Shown: piece by piece, positions 1 to 11,610 of the stretch | Layout of the letters: each line of letters opens with the position of its first letter | Numbering within the stretch: the first letter of the stretch is position 1 | NCBI GenBank assembly: GCA_946965045.2 | Contig: OX337239.1 | Span: 1,922,001 to 1,986,000, forward strand | DNA length: 64,000 nt | Reading direction: 5' to 3' | DNA from: Epithemia pelagica | Taxonomy: Eukaryota > Protista > Bacillariophyta | Notes under the pieces: model-generated | Told to the model about the DNA's origin: nothing | Seen by the model: only the letters and a program-made list of their open reading frames with translations | Databases searched by the model: none | Program-made: the position numbers and the translations under genes

Positions 1-609
1 TTTTATGCTGTGTCTTTCGCTTTGTCCTTGAGAGGGCCGGAAGGGCTGCTCCTTGATTTAGGAGCCATGACTCGATATGCGGATCTTTACAAGGACCGGG
101 ATTGCGTGGTGGTTTGTCTTTGGGGCCAATTCAAAGGCGAGCATTCTGAACGGGCTCATCTCCTCCCCTGCTGCAATGTAACAGGGAGTGGAATCAAAGT
201 TCGCCAATGGTTGAACAGAGCAATGGTCTTGTCTCGGGACATTGGACGAACGACCGGGCCGTTGATGATGGATCGAAAGGGTGTACCCATCGCGCCACGA
301 ATGCTGGATGACATCCTGCATCGACATTTGTGCAAACTTTTCGACAACGATAAAAACCTTTTTCCTCTGACTGCCATCAAAGGGGAAGAGGACATCGTCA
401 CAAAATACTTTGTGTTCCGATCTTTCAGACGGGGTTCGAATACAAGAGCAAAAGAGGTGGGCGTCGAGCAGCCAGACCTTGAAACTGTCAACCGATGGAG
501 AATAAAGGAGAGAGCAGGAGCCAATAAACCAGGCAGGGCCATTGACCACATGTATGCAGACCTGTCGATGCTTGTGGGGCCGTTTCTCCGGTACAGTTCT
601 GCAATGTGA
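1..609 (+). CDS. Tyrosine recombinase (C-terminal part) of a DIRS/Ngaro-like retrotransposon; 5'-truncated by the window edge
   Basis: Frame is open from base 1 (FYAVSFALSLRGPEG). YR-type catalytic spacing: R in SLRGPE, RSFRRG at the HxxR box, RW, then Y in HMY. Immediately followed by split direct repeats. Confidence 0.8.
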   Translation, partial: FYAVSFALSLRGPEGLLLDLGAMTRYADLYKDRDCVVVCLWGQFKGEHSERAHLLPCCNVTGSGIKVRQWLNRAMVLSRDIGRTTGPLMMDRKGVPIAPRMLDDILHRHLCKLFDNDKNLFPLTAIKGEEDIVTKYFVFRSFRRGSNTRAKEVGVEQPDLETVNRWRIKERAGANKPGRAIDHMYADLSMLVGPFLRYSSAM

Positions 610-635
610 CGACCAAACCAAGATTCTCGGTGGAG

Positions 636-1061
636 GGGGTTTCTGGAACTGGCAAGTTGCGTTGAGGCTGACATGGCAAGGCCTCTTCGCTTCTTGTCCA
701 TTAGAGAGAGAGTTTGAGCCGATTGCGTCCCCTGTCCGTTTCCGCCTTTGCGATTGCATGGTGCAACCTGATCGCGTTGGTGGGCCACAAGCGGATCCAA
801 CAGGAGTCTTGATTTGGGTCTTTCTTTTTGTTCTTTTGGGCCGGTTCCCCTGTCTGAGCATTATGCCAGATCGGACCCTGAGTGGTGAAGGATTACCCTT
901 CCCCCCACGACACAACCTAAACTAGTGTTTACGGTTGCGAGAATCTAATGAGATAAGTTTATGATTTGATTCTGCTGTTTGTCTTTGTGTTTGCGCGAGA
1001 GAAAGGGATCCTGAGGTTGGATGGCGACATGGTGGGTGCTGAGCAGGGTTTGCGAGTGCCC
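636..1061 (+). repeat. Direct repeat B1 (426 bp)
   Basis: GGGGTTTCTGGAACT...GAGTGCCC; matches 1594-2019 at offset 958 with no difference seen. Confidence 0.95.
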
Positions 1062-1593
1062 TCAATGTACACCCAAGTTAAGATGGGACCAAGGAACATG
1101 GTCAGGCCACGTCATGAAGTCTGAGCATTGGCGTTGGAGTGCAAGTCGGGCAGTCCACCCAAAAGAAGAGCCGGCCTCGCTGTCACACAAAGAATGAGGC
1201 AGAACGGGCGTGCAACTCGGAAGAGGAAATTCTAAAAAGAACATGTGCATCCCATCTACTGCGACAAAGCCTCTTCCATTCCATATCTCAAAGTGGACTG
1301 CCTCCAAATAGAGGATCGTCCGATTCAAGAGGCATGGGCACTCTTGAATCAAACAACAATGCGCCAACAATGGATCCCTAATGGAGCGCGACATGCGATC
1401 CATGACAAACAAGCAAAGACGCAGCAAACAAAACAAGAGGGACACGGAGAGCTCACTCTTTGGGTTTTCTACGGTTCGTCGGCGAAGGTCTGATCCCCTT
1501 TGGCGCCGTTCTTGATTTCTAAAGAGTTGAAACTCCAACTTTCGTGGGTACGGATAGTACCCATTTCTTCTTTTTTCCCTCCCTTCCCACCCT

Positions 1594-2019
1594 GGGGTTT
1601 CTGGAACTGGCAAGTTGCGTTGAGGCTGACATGGCAAGGCCTCTTCGCTTCTTGTCCATTAGAGAGAGAGTTTGAGCCGATTGCGTCCCCTGTCCGTTTC
1701 CGCCTTTGCGATTGCATGGTGCAACCTGATCGCGTTGGTGGGCCACAAGCGGATCCAACAGGAGTCTTGATTTGGGTCTTTCTTTTTGTTCTTTTGGGCC
1801 GGTTCCCCTGTCTGAGCATTATGCCAGATCGGACCCTGAGTGGTGAAGGATTACCCTTCCCCCCACGACACAACCTAAACTAGTGTTTACGGTTGCGAGA
1901 ATCTAATGAGATAAGTTTATGATTTGATTCTGCTGTTTGTCTTTGTGTTTGCGCGAGAGAAAGGGATCCTGAGGTTGGATGGCGACATGGTGGGTGCTGA
2001 GCAGGGTTTGCGAGTGCCC
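1594..2019 (+). repeat. Direct repeat B2 (426 bp)
   Basis: Copy of 636-1061. Confidence 0.95.
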
Positions 2020-2281
2020 CCACATTCCTCACGTTCCGAGCTTTCTATCGCTCTGCCTGACATTATATTTATATGGGGGTCAATCAAAGAGGAGAAACAA
2101 GAGATCCAGTATGATGGGTAATATCATTAGGGTTAATGTTTTGCTTTGAAGCACGGTCTTTTCCCTGACTGGAATTGTGCGACCAAACCTCGTCTACAAC
2201 CCCGATGTAAAAAATTGATATACTATCAATTTAATTGTACTTAGTGAGTGGAATCTTAAGAAAAATTATCCAAAATTGCCT

Positions 2282-2346
2282 AGTCATGTCCCCCCATGGT
2301 CGTTTCAGTAACATTCCGGGGGGACAGGACTCCGCAAATTACGGTA
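2282..2346. mobile_element. Possible terminus of a Tc1/mariner (pogo/Tc2-like) DNA transposon
   Basis: Ends ...AATTACGG|TA (reverse complement TA|CCGTAATT) with a subterminal inverted motif TGTCCCCCC / GGGGGGACA. The partner end is not in the window. Confidence 0.3.
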
Positions 2347-2639
2347 GCTAGATGGCCTCTATTCTAGCTATTGTAGAGAGTAGAGTAGGTAGACTGAGAA
2401 TCAAAAATGTTTGTTTCCCGAGTAGCACATTCCGATCGCGGAAACATTGCTGGACAATGACAAACGTGGACGCATGAAACAAGCAACAAGAGATGCGGAC
2501 GAGATCTTTTCGAGACACGCGAGCAACCATCCATTGCAACACATCAACTTGCAGCTCACACACGCCACGAGGACGTTCACAGTTCACACCTAGTGTCAAA
2601 CAAACATAGAGGTCTATCCTGTCGCCACCAAAGAAAATC

Positions 2640-5600
2640 ATGTCTGCATTGGACAACAAGGAGTCGGCAAATGCCACTGGTGCAAGTGGTGGGAAGAGTA
2701 CGGCAAAGCGTGATGCTTTGCGCACCAACGAACTCCGAGTACAAAAAATGTGGGAGGAACAAGGCGCATTTGAAGCGGACCCCGATACCAGCAAGGAGCC
2801 ATTTATGGTCACGTTTCCGTATCCTTATTCCAATGGAAATTTGCACATTGGTCATGCGTTTTCCTTGACAAAAGCCGTATTTCGAGCGCAGTTTGAACGT
2901 CACATGGGCAAGAATGTGCTTTTCCCTTTTGCATTTCATTGCACCGGCATGCCAATTCAAGCAGTGAGTGCAACGAAATGTTTGTTTCTGGGTGCCAGCG
3001 ATATTTAAAGTGGCATTAAATAAGTGTCAGCCGCTTTTCGTTCTCACCGTTTTTAAAATCTGTAGGCTGCTAATAAGCTGAAAACAGAGATTGAGACATA
3101 TGGTTGTCCACCAAAATTTCCCGAAGATGATCCTGAAGTAAGAGCGAAGATGGAGGCGGAGATGTTGGCAGCTGCGGAAGAAGCTGCAAAGAAGCAAGCA
3201 GCAGGTGATAAGAAGGCCAAGGGCGGTAAAACGAAGCTGGTCCAAAAGACTGGGACCGGTATTGTAAGGCAATGGAATATTCTCAAGAAAATGGTCGCAG
3301 AGGATGAAATTCCCTCGTTTCAAGACGCCCTTCATTGGCTGTCTTATTTTCCTCCGATTGGTGTCGATCATTTGAAAGACTTTGGAGCTGGTGTCGATTG
3401 GAGAAGATCCTTCATCACGACGTATGTGAACCCTTACTATGATGCTTTTATTCGTTGGCAATTTGAAGTCCTGAAGGAGAAAGAGAGAGTTTTGTTCGGT
3501 AAACGTAACAACGTGTACTCGTTGGTAGATGGACAAGTCTGCGCCGATCACGATAGGTCCGAAGGTGAGGGGGTTGGTCCGCAAGAGTATGTCTTGATCA
3601 AGTTGCAGGTGCTCCCTCCGGACCATGGACAAGAGCGCCATGTCAAGATGCAAAAGTTGTTGGATGAAAAGGCGGGTGGTCGACCAGTCTATCTTGTTCC
3701 AGCCACTTTGCGGCCTGAAACCATGTATGGTCAAACCAATTGCTTTGTGTTGCCGGAAGGAGAATACGGTGCGTATGTCATTGACGCTACGAATGAAGTT
3801 TTTATTATGAGTGATCGCTCCGCTCGTGGCTTGTCGTGTCAAGTCTTGAAAGGCAATGACTACTTTACCGAGGAATTTGGTAAAATCGAATGTCTTGAAA
3901 CTTTTACGGGTAATGAACTTCTGGGGTTGCCTCTAAAAGCTCCGTTGGCCACTTATGAAAAGGTTTACACGCTGCCCTTGTTGACCATCAGTATGAATAA
4001 AGGAACGGGAGTCGTAACCTCAGTTCCTAGTGATGCACCGGATGACTATGTTTCCCTGAAGGCCTTGCAAGATAAGCCCGACTTTCGCGCCAAATATGAC
4101 ATTACGGACGATATGGTGATGCCATTTCAAGTCGTTCCCATTATCTCAATCGAAGGCTATGGAGAAGCTTCTGCTGTCTTTATGTGTGAAAAGCTCAAAA
4201 TCAAGTCACCAAATGACAAGGCGAAATTGACGGAGGCAAAAGACGAAACGTACTTGAAAGGATTCACAATCGGTGTCATGTCCTATGGTCCACACAATGG
4301 TAAAAAAGTCAGCGAGGCCAAACCAATCATCAAACAAGAGATGATCGACGCTGGACAGGCGTGTTTGTACTTTGAACCAGAGTCTAAGGTTGTTTCGCGT
4401 ACCAATGACGAGTGCGTAGTTGGTAAGTTCGACTAACTAGATCTTCGATGTCCTTGAGAAGTTCGTGAAATCTAACCACTGCTCCCTTTCCCTTGTCAAA
4501 CTTTCTTGATACAGCCGCCACTGACCAATGGTATTTGGCTTACGGGGAAGAATCATGGTCACGTGCTGTAAGAACCCATGTAATGGAAAGTGGTAACTTT
4601 GATGCGTATGATCCCAATGCCTTGGGAAGATATGAATACACTATTGGGTGGTTAAAAGAATGGGCCTGCACCCGTCAGTTTGGACTTGGAACCTTTTTAC
4701 CATGGGATACCGCATGGGTAATTGAAAGTTTGTCGGACAGTACCATCTATATGGCATACTATACCATTTCCCACATTTTGCAAGGGCCAGATAATTTAAA
4801 AGGTGACAAGTCGAAATCACCAGGGCAGATTGATCCTGCTGACTTGACAAAGGACGTGTTCAACTACATTTATCGAAAGGGATTCTCGGTTCCCTCTGAC
4901 TGTAAGATCCCTGTTGAAACCCTTAACCGGATGCGGGACGAGTTTCGATACTGGTACCCCATGACATTGCGAGTGAGTGCGAAGGATTTGATCCCCAATC
5001 ACTTGACGATGGCGTTGTTCAATCACGCTGCTATTTGGGAAGATGAACCTGAACTATGGCCGCGTGGATATTACTGCAATGGACACGTCTTGGTCGATGC
5101 TGAGAAGATGAGTAAATCAAAGGGAAACTTCCTGATTATGAAGGAAACCTGTGACAAGTACGGAACTGATGCTACTCGGTTTGCATGTGCCGATGCCGGT
5201 GATTCTCTGGATGATGCAAATTTCAGTCGTGAACAAGCCGATTCTGCTGTGTTGACGCTGGTTACCGAAGAAGCTTGGATTAGCGAAACTGTTGCTGCGA
5301 TGGAACAGATGCGAGACGGCGAAGACATGAATGTGATGGACAAGATTTTGATGAACGAAGTCAATCGTTATATTGATGGTGCAAAAAAGAATTTTGCCTC
5401 GATGCAGTTCAAGACTGGTATCAAGTTGGGTTGGTTTGAGATGTTGAATGCCCGGAACGAGTACAGAGCGTGGTTAGTTGCCAGTGACATTCCTATGCAC
5501 AAGAAAGTCATTCGACGCTGGATGGAGGCTATTGTTATTATCATTTGCCCTGTTTGTCCTCACTGGTCTGAAAAGATTTGGACTAACATTCTTGGTAATG

Positions 5601-6145
5601 AGGGATTGGCAGTCAAAGCTCCGTGGCCCAAACAAGAACCAGAAGATAAGATTTTGACTCGAAAAGCCATTTTCTTAAGAAGCGCCCTGAAGGGGTTCCG
5701 TGCTCAAGCAGGGAAGGCGAAAAAAGGTTGGAAAACAGTCTCCATTGTCGTTTCGGACACTTACCCACAATGGAAAGTTGATGTTTTGACGTGGCTTCAA
5801 TCCCAGTACAAGGATGGCGAGTTCTCAACTACGATAATGAAAGATATGAAGAACTGGACTGGGCAACATTTCACAGACAAGAAGCAGATCAAGTTCGCTA
5901 TGCAGTTCGGCAATTTTACCATGACTGAAGTCAAAGATGTGGGTGGAGCTGCAATGGATGTTCAAGTGCCCTTTGACCAACAAGAAATTCTGGCTCAAAA
6001 TGTGAAATACATCAAATCCCAGTTGAGCAATGTGAGTGACATAGATATCATTAAGGCAGGAGGCGATGATGCTGCGTCGAAGGAACTTCCCGACAGGATT
6101 GTCGAAAATGTTACACCGGGAAAACCGTCGCTGTGGTTTCGGTAG
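2640..6145 (+). CDS. LARS1: Cytoplasmic leucyl-tRNA synthetase (exons 2640-2963, 3066-4422, 4515-6145)
   Basis: [15 protein letters not shown] (HIGH), [10 protein letters not shown], editing-domain [24 protein letters not shown] introns 2964-3065 and 4423-4514 restore the frame. Confidence 0.97.
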
Positions 6146-6499
6146 GCTTTAAACTTGGGTACTTGTTTCAATAACAACCTTCGACGCATGTAGCGCAGTA
6201 GAGTTAATACTTAAAGGACTTCAATGGAAGAGACTTAAAATATGGCGGTGTTGATTGGGATAGACGATATCCAAAGTCTGCTTTGCTAGAGAGATCGGAG
6301 ATGTAGGTGTAGGTAGTTGTACGTCGGGCAGCGGGCAGACGGGCCGCGTTGAAAGGTGTCAGCTTGTCTGTGGATATATGAATGGGTGAAGATGCCCGAC
6401 GAAACCGGCCGCAGATCCTTTTGGACGGCGAGCGGTCGCTCTATTGTGGACTTGTCTCGCTCTGTTGCATTCTAGAGACATTCAACGAAAGCAACAACA

Positions 6500-7434
6500 A
6501 TGGTGGGCCATGAATCGAAACCAGCTTTCTTGCCGCTGATTGCGAACAGCGAAGGACCCTTGTATGCCACTAGTAGCATCGTTTCTAGTGGTCGACGAGA
6601 GCAACAGGACAATCACCATGCTGCTTCTTTTCACCCTGGCGTTCATGCGCCAAAGGAGCATCGTTTCTCGCCGTACGAGTTCAATGGAGGCACAGTGGTG
6701 GCAGTAGCCGGAGAAGATTATGTGGTTATGGCTGGTGATACACGATTGTCCGCTGGATTCGATATTTTGTCACGGGATACCACCAAACTCCACACGCTCA
6801 CACCCAAATGCATTTTGGCCAGTGCTGGATGCAAAACTGATGTGGAACAATTACGTTCCGTTCTCGATATTTACTTGAAGGTACATACTCGTTCGAGTGC
6901 ATGTTGGCATGTGGTTGTTCATCACAAAGAATAATGTTGAACGATTTCCTCGCAGCATCGCCGATCAAATCTCATGTCTTTTTTTGTGTTTGCTTGATTG
7001 TTGACATTTCGTAGATGTATGAACACAATCACCATAAGACAATGGGCACTGTATCTGTGGCTCGATTTCTTTCTACGACGTTGTATCGAAAGCGATTCTT
7101 TCCCTACTATGCGTTTAATGTGTTTGGTGGTTTGGATGCCGAAGGCAAGGGCGCAGTGTATGGGTACGATGCCATTGGAAGTTATGAACGTACACAAGTT
7201 ACAGCAAGTGGATCTGGACAGGCCTACATCATCCCATTTTTGGACAATCTTATTGCAAATCGCAACCGATTGCAAGAGAAGCCAGTCTTACCTGCAGCCG
7301 AAGTGGTGGAGCTCATCAAGGATGCGTTTGTGAGTTGTGGAGAACGCGATATCTACACAGGTGACAAGGTGGAAATATCAGTCATTACTGCCAGTGGAAT
7401 CGACACAACTTATTTCAATCTCAAAGCAGATTAA
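6500..7434 (+). CDS. PSMB1: 20S proteasome subunit beta type-1 (beta6) (exons 6500-6880, 7015-7434)
   Basis: FSPYEFNGGT, AGDTRLS, KRFFPYY, YDAIGSY, ERDIYTGD motifs; intron 6881-7014. Confidence 0.95.
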
Positions 7435-7853
7435 ATGTGGGGCGTCGCGACAGATGAACGATGGATATCTTGCAATACGGAAGGCCATCGTTCTTTTAAC
7501 CAATAGCTGACTGCTGGTACAAATCCTTATTTACGCTCCATATCGTACGAGCCCTACCTACCTACGGATAGGCAGTCACCCCCAACAGGTTGTAATTCGC
7601 TGTCCTCATGATTTTGGAACTACGTTTAATTCTTAGGACTTGCATACCCAAACCAACCACGTCTCAGTTTCGTGGGCATTGGTTTATGGTGCCCGTTGTC
7701 GATGCAACACTTGATCAACAGTGAGTTGTATACTGTTATCGTATATTAGCCACAGACGCTTACCCTGAGAATGACAAACAGAAAGAGTTGCAATGTTTCT
7801 TGGACCCGGTTCAACGATTTTCTTGTGGTTAGGGGCACTCAGGAACCAAGAGC

Positions 7854-9500
7854 TCAGATCTCCGTGGTACTGGCATTACTTTTACTTTCCGCTGAGCACT
7901 GTCTCACTCTATGTTTGCGGTAGCACTTGGTTCCTGAAAGGAGTGCTGCCAATTTGCCAAACCCTCCTCTATCGAACGACAAACATTTGGCGCCCGCCAA
8001 CAAGTACAGGTCCACAAATATACTATTGTAAGCTGGAGCAGAGTGATTCCGAGCAGATGGGGAGTGAAAGGGATGGATTCCTTTGTTGATCTTTTGTCCG
8101 TCGAGGAAGTTTCCTTTTGTGGGAGTCAAGAAATCTCGTCCTCTGTCCAAATGCAGGGGAGGATTTTCGGACGTGCCATTAGCACTCAGAGGAGATACGA
8201 CAACGGTTGAAGAATTGCTGTACTGTCGTCCATACTCCAATGCCAAGATAGAAGCGTCAATGGAATCCGACGCAAAGAAGATGACTCGATCCGGCGACGT
8301 CTTTCCTAGCAATTGTGTACACGCAAGAGCATTGGCCACAGCACGGGAGATATTGCCAGTGTCGTTGGTTGCTGTATAGAGTATGCGGGCATGGGTAGCA
8401 TCGTAGGAGAACCGTGGGAAATTGTCCCAAAATTGCTCCAGCTCATTTCGAATAGAAGCTGTAGGTCTGTCGAAAAAGAGCTTCCAGACGGATGCAAATA
8501 TGGATTCCATACTGGGATCCTCAAGGTTCACTTTATGCGAATCGTAGTACAATTGACCTTCGTGATAGGCTTGAAAGCGTGAATCCAAAACTTGTTTGGG
8601 GAAGGATGTGAGTTTTCGATTGTCCTGTACATCCTGTACACGCGTCAAGGCCGGAAGCAGACCAAATTCTAAGCCACCCTCAAGCATGTACCACGGCACC
8701 GTCCAATTCAGTGGTCCAGGTTCCAGAAAGGTCTCGAGGGGTGCAGGGCGTTCCCAATAAATGAGAATCAGTCGCCGTGTCATGGCTGCTACCTGTAGCA
8801 AGAAAGGCAATGCACGGACTTTCGAAAAACGAAGCAGCAGCAGCAGAAACGATTCATGACAAAACATCGCATTTCAGCGTGAGCACAATGACAGATTCGC
8901 ACATTTAGTCTATAAGCAAAAGAAAGACGTACGTCGATCTGCGAGGCCACCACAAGATTCATCTCGATTCAAACATCTCAAAATAAGGTAATTGTACTTT
9001 CTCCAAGCGGTTGCATTCTGTTCCATTTCCTTTCGACACGATCGATGCCATGCAGTGTAGTCCAAGATCCACGTCGGAAGCTCAGAGTCTTGTTGATACT
9101 GCATTGAACGTGATATTGCCAAGTCTTGAATTTCCTTCTCCGATGAGTTCGAAACAAGGTCGTGAAACAGAGCGTTTGGCTCCACAATCATGGTCATCAT
9201 GGATCGCGTCGACGTAAATTGAGACATGACGGCCGAAAAGACGAACATCATGATGACATTCATCGAAAGGGTAATGGCCAACGTGAGCACAAGCATGGAC
9301 CGGAGATCCCTTCGTTGTCCATGATGGCGTCGCAAAAATCCAAACGAAACGAGGGATCTTGACCTAGGTGGTGGCGGAGGAGGAAGAAACACATGCCTTA
9401 GGGAGTACGCGAGCTTCTTTCTTTTTTGTGGCGACGAAGGCAATGATGAAATTTGACTTTGCGAATCACCATGTTTCTCCGTCCAGCTTGGCGGAATCAT
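7854..9500 (-). CDS. Diatom-type type II membrane protein, putative glycosyltransferase (O-fucosyltransferase-like fold); exons 9500-8933 and 8818-7854
   Basis: N-terminal TM (MLVLTLAITLSMNVIMMFVF). Intron 8819-8932 joins CGGLADR to LRALPF. C-terminal DLYLLAGAKCLSFDRGGFG resembles GT-B fucosyltransferase-like C-termini. The ORF-track start at 9569 is GTG; first ATG is at 9500. Confidence 0.55.
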
Positions 9501-10077
9501 GCTACGTGTCGCTCGGAAAGAGCTGCGAATTGATGCCTCAAGGTCAAGGAGCAGGAGAGGGTCCAGCACGTTGTGAACTCAAGGCTCAAGGAGAAGAGCA
9601 TCTGAAGACTCCACCTCGAACCTCGACAAAAGCGCAACACAACAAACAAATGAAAATCAGTGCCCGCGACCGTGTCACCGCGCTTGGATGTCCCGGCATG
9701 GGCGCCATGATGCACGCCGACCTCTCCTCCTCCTCTCTCATCTCAATCTCGAGGATGAATCCCCCTCACATTTTCAGTTTTCAATTTCGTGAAGAGACAC
9801 ACTCGAACAAATTGTCGCATGCTTTCACAGCTCTCAGCCATGCAAACGGACCATCTACTAGGAAGAAGATGAACTCGTATGTAGGGCTTCGCCACGACCC
9901 ATGTTATACAAGCTCTCATTCGTCACCTTTATTAAAACTAAGCACGTAACTGATGAATTAGCTCTACCTAAACCACGCATGAGTTGTGGACCTGTGGATA
10001 ATTTTTAAGCAAGGCTTGGCTTTTACAACATTCTTGATCTCAAGAGTGACTCGCGTCTTCGTTCTCATGCTTGACTC

Positions 10078-10932
10078 TTACTCCTTATTGATGGCAGCCC
10101 ACTGCGCAGCCAAATCGGCCATGGGGTCGGCTGGAGCCGGTGCAGCTGCGGCAGGAGCTGGTGCTGATCCCGCTGGGGTCCATCCGGCCGGAGCACCTGG
10201 ACTAGAACCACCCTGTGGACTCCACTTGGTCACAGAGTACAAATTCTTGGGGCCACTGCCGGTTGAAGCAAAGGAAGGCGTCGCAGGAGCCGCTGGTGCT
10301 GCAGGAGCAGCCGCTGCCTTTGGAGGTGCGCCATCATGGTCGCTGTTCACCGACGCCCATTCGAGTGCCAAATCAGCCATGCTGGGACCAGTGGGAGCGG
10401 CTGGGGCGGCCGGAGGAGGAGGGGGAGGAGCGTCCAATACCGGAGAGGCGGCAGCCGCATTAGCTGAAGCAGGAGGACTCCATTTACCAACCGTTTTGCC
10501 ACTGACAGTCATTGGATGAGATCCTGTACGGGGACTCCACCGAGTGACAGCGTAGCTGTCCTTGATACCACCACTACTCGCTCCTGCAAAGGCGGGTGGA
10601 GACGGAGCGGGAGGCGCCGCCACTGGAGCAGGGGCCGGAGCCATGCCCGATTCGGAATTCATGGCAGCCCATTGCTTGGCCAAATCATCCATGGTGGTAC
10701 CTCCACCGACGGGTGCAGGTGCCGGTGGAGGAGGAGTAGCAACCGCAGCGCCGCCACCTCCTGGTGCCCATGACGAACCAAAGGAAGAACCACCTGTGGC
10801 ACCGTACTGGGGCGTCCATTTTGTGGGACGATACTTGTAGAGCTCGGTAGCGACACGATGGTTTGCACCATCTTGCACAACAAAGGCTTCGCACGACGCG
10901 ACCAAGACCATGAACGAAACCGAGACCTTCAT
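10078..10932 (-). CDS. PYCO1: Plastid-targeted Pro/Ala/Gly-rich repeat protein, PYCO1-like pyrenoid Rubisco-linker candidate
   Basis: Signal peptide ending CEA-F (diatom ASAF-type cleavage site). Three units, each with YxxT[KR]W[ST]P and MxDLAx[QE]WAx[MVI]N, separated by low-complexity spacers. Confidence 0.75.
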   Translation of the reverse strand: MKVSVSFMVLVASCEAFVVQDGANHRVATELYKYRPTKWTPQYGATGGSSFGSSWAPGGGGAAVATPPPPAPAPVGGGTTMDDLAKQWAAMNSESGMAPAPAPVAAPPAPSPPAFAGASSGGIKDSYAVTRWSPRTGSHPMTVSGKTVGKWSPPASANAAAASPVLDAPPPPPPAAPAAPTGPSMADLALEWASVNSDHDGAPPKAAAAPAAPAAPATPSFASTGSGPKNLYSVTKWSPQGGSSPGAPAGWTPAGSAPAPAAAAPAPADPMADLAAQWAAINKE

Positions 10933-11610
10933 GATGTTTAATACAGACTATTGATTGAGTGAAAGGGAAAGGCGACAATATTGAATTGCTTGGAACGAAA
11001 AAACCGATGAGTTATCCCCGTAACAAAGAAGAATAAGCTTGTCGGCAGTATCTCTCGACGAGTCAACTGGACGACAAAAGGCGATGCTTGATTGAATCTA
11101 TCAGCAACAGCGACAGACACGATGGGCAAACAGGTGTCCGAAAGATCGCTTCAAAGAAGAAGGTACTTCTTGTATTGATTTCAAGAGACAAGAATCGGAT
11201 CGCAAACCCAAATCGATTGTACTCTTCATCCCACATAGGTTGTCACATGACGTACTCCTTTCATAATATGATCTTTGGATGGATGGGAAGCGAAGTGTCA
11301 AAATGAAGATTCGTTCAGTCACGAATACTCGATCTGGCATAGTCCAGTCCTGAAATCGACTTCAACCTACTAGGAGTACTCATTGAGAGTTGAGAGACTT
11401 GAGAGGACTAAATAGCAATGTCTGATATCGGGAAAAGGGAATGGCCGTATATTAATCTATAAAGAACTGATTCTAAATTACAACGTCTTATGCAAGCGAA
11501 CTATGAGCCAAGCGATAAATAATTGTGGGTGGGTTTTGTACCATGGAGAAGAATAAACGAGATGAAAGCGTCTGTGGTCGGGACGTCTGGGCTTCAAGGG
11601 ACCTAACAAA

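Larger units (their letters stand above)
1..2019 (+). mobile_element. 3' end of a tyrosine-recombinase retrotransposon with split direct repeats (Ngaro/PAT-type B1-A2-B2)
   Basis: YR ORF, then a 426-bp repeat (636-1061), a 532-bp unique spacer (1062-1593) and a second copy of the repeat (1594-2019). Confidence 0.75.

Noticed and set aside
58-1883. Duplicated ORFs (127-285 aa) in the ORF track
   Set aside because: They are translations of the non-coding B repeats and the antisense of YR; no protein motifs.
2320-2352. Hairpin followed by CTAG as a Helitron 3' end
   Set aside because: CTAG is followed by A rather than T, and TAGCTAG recurs in several intergenic regions; a TIR-type end fits at least as well.
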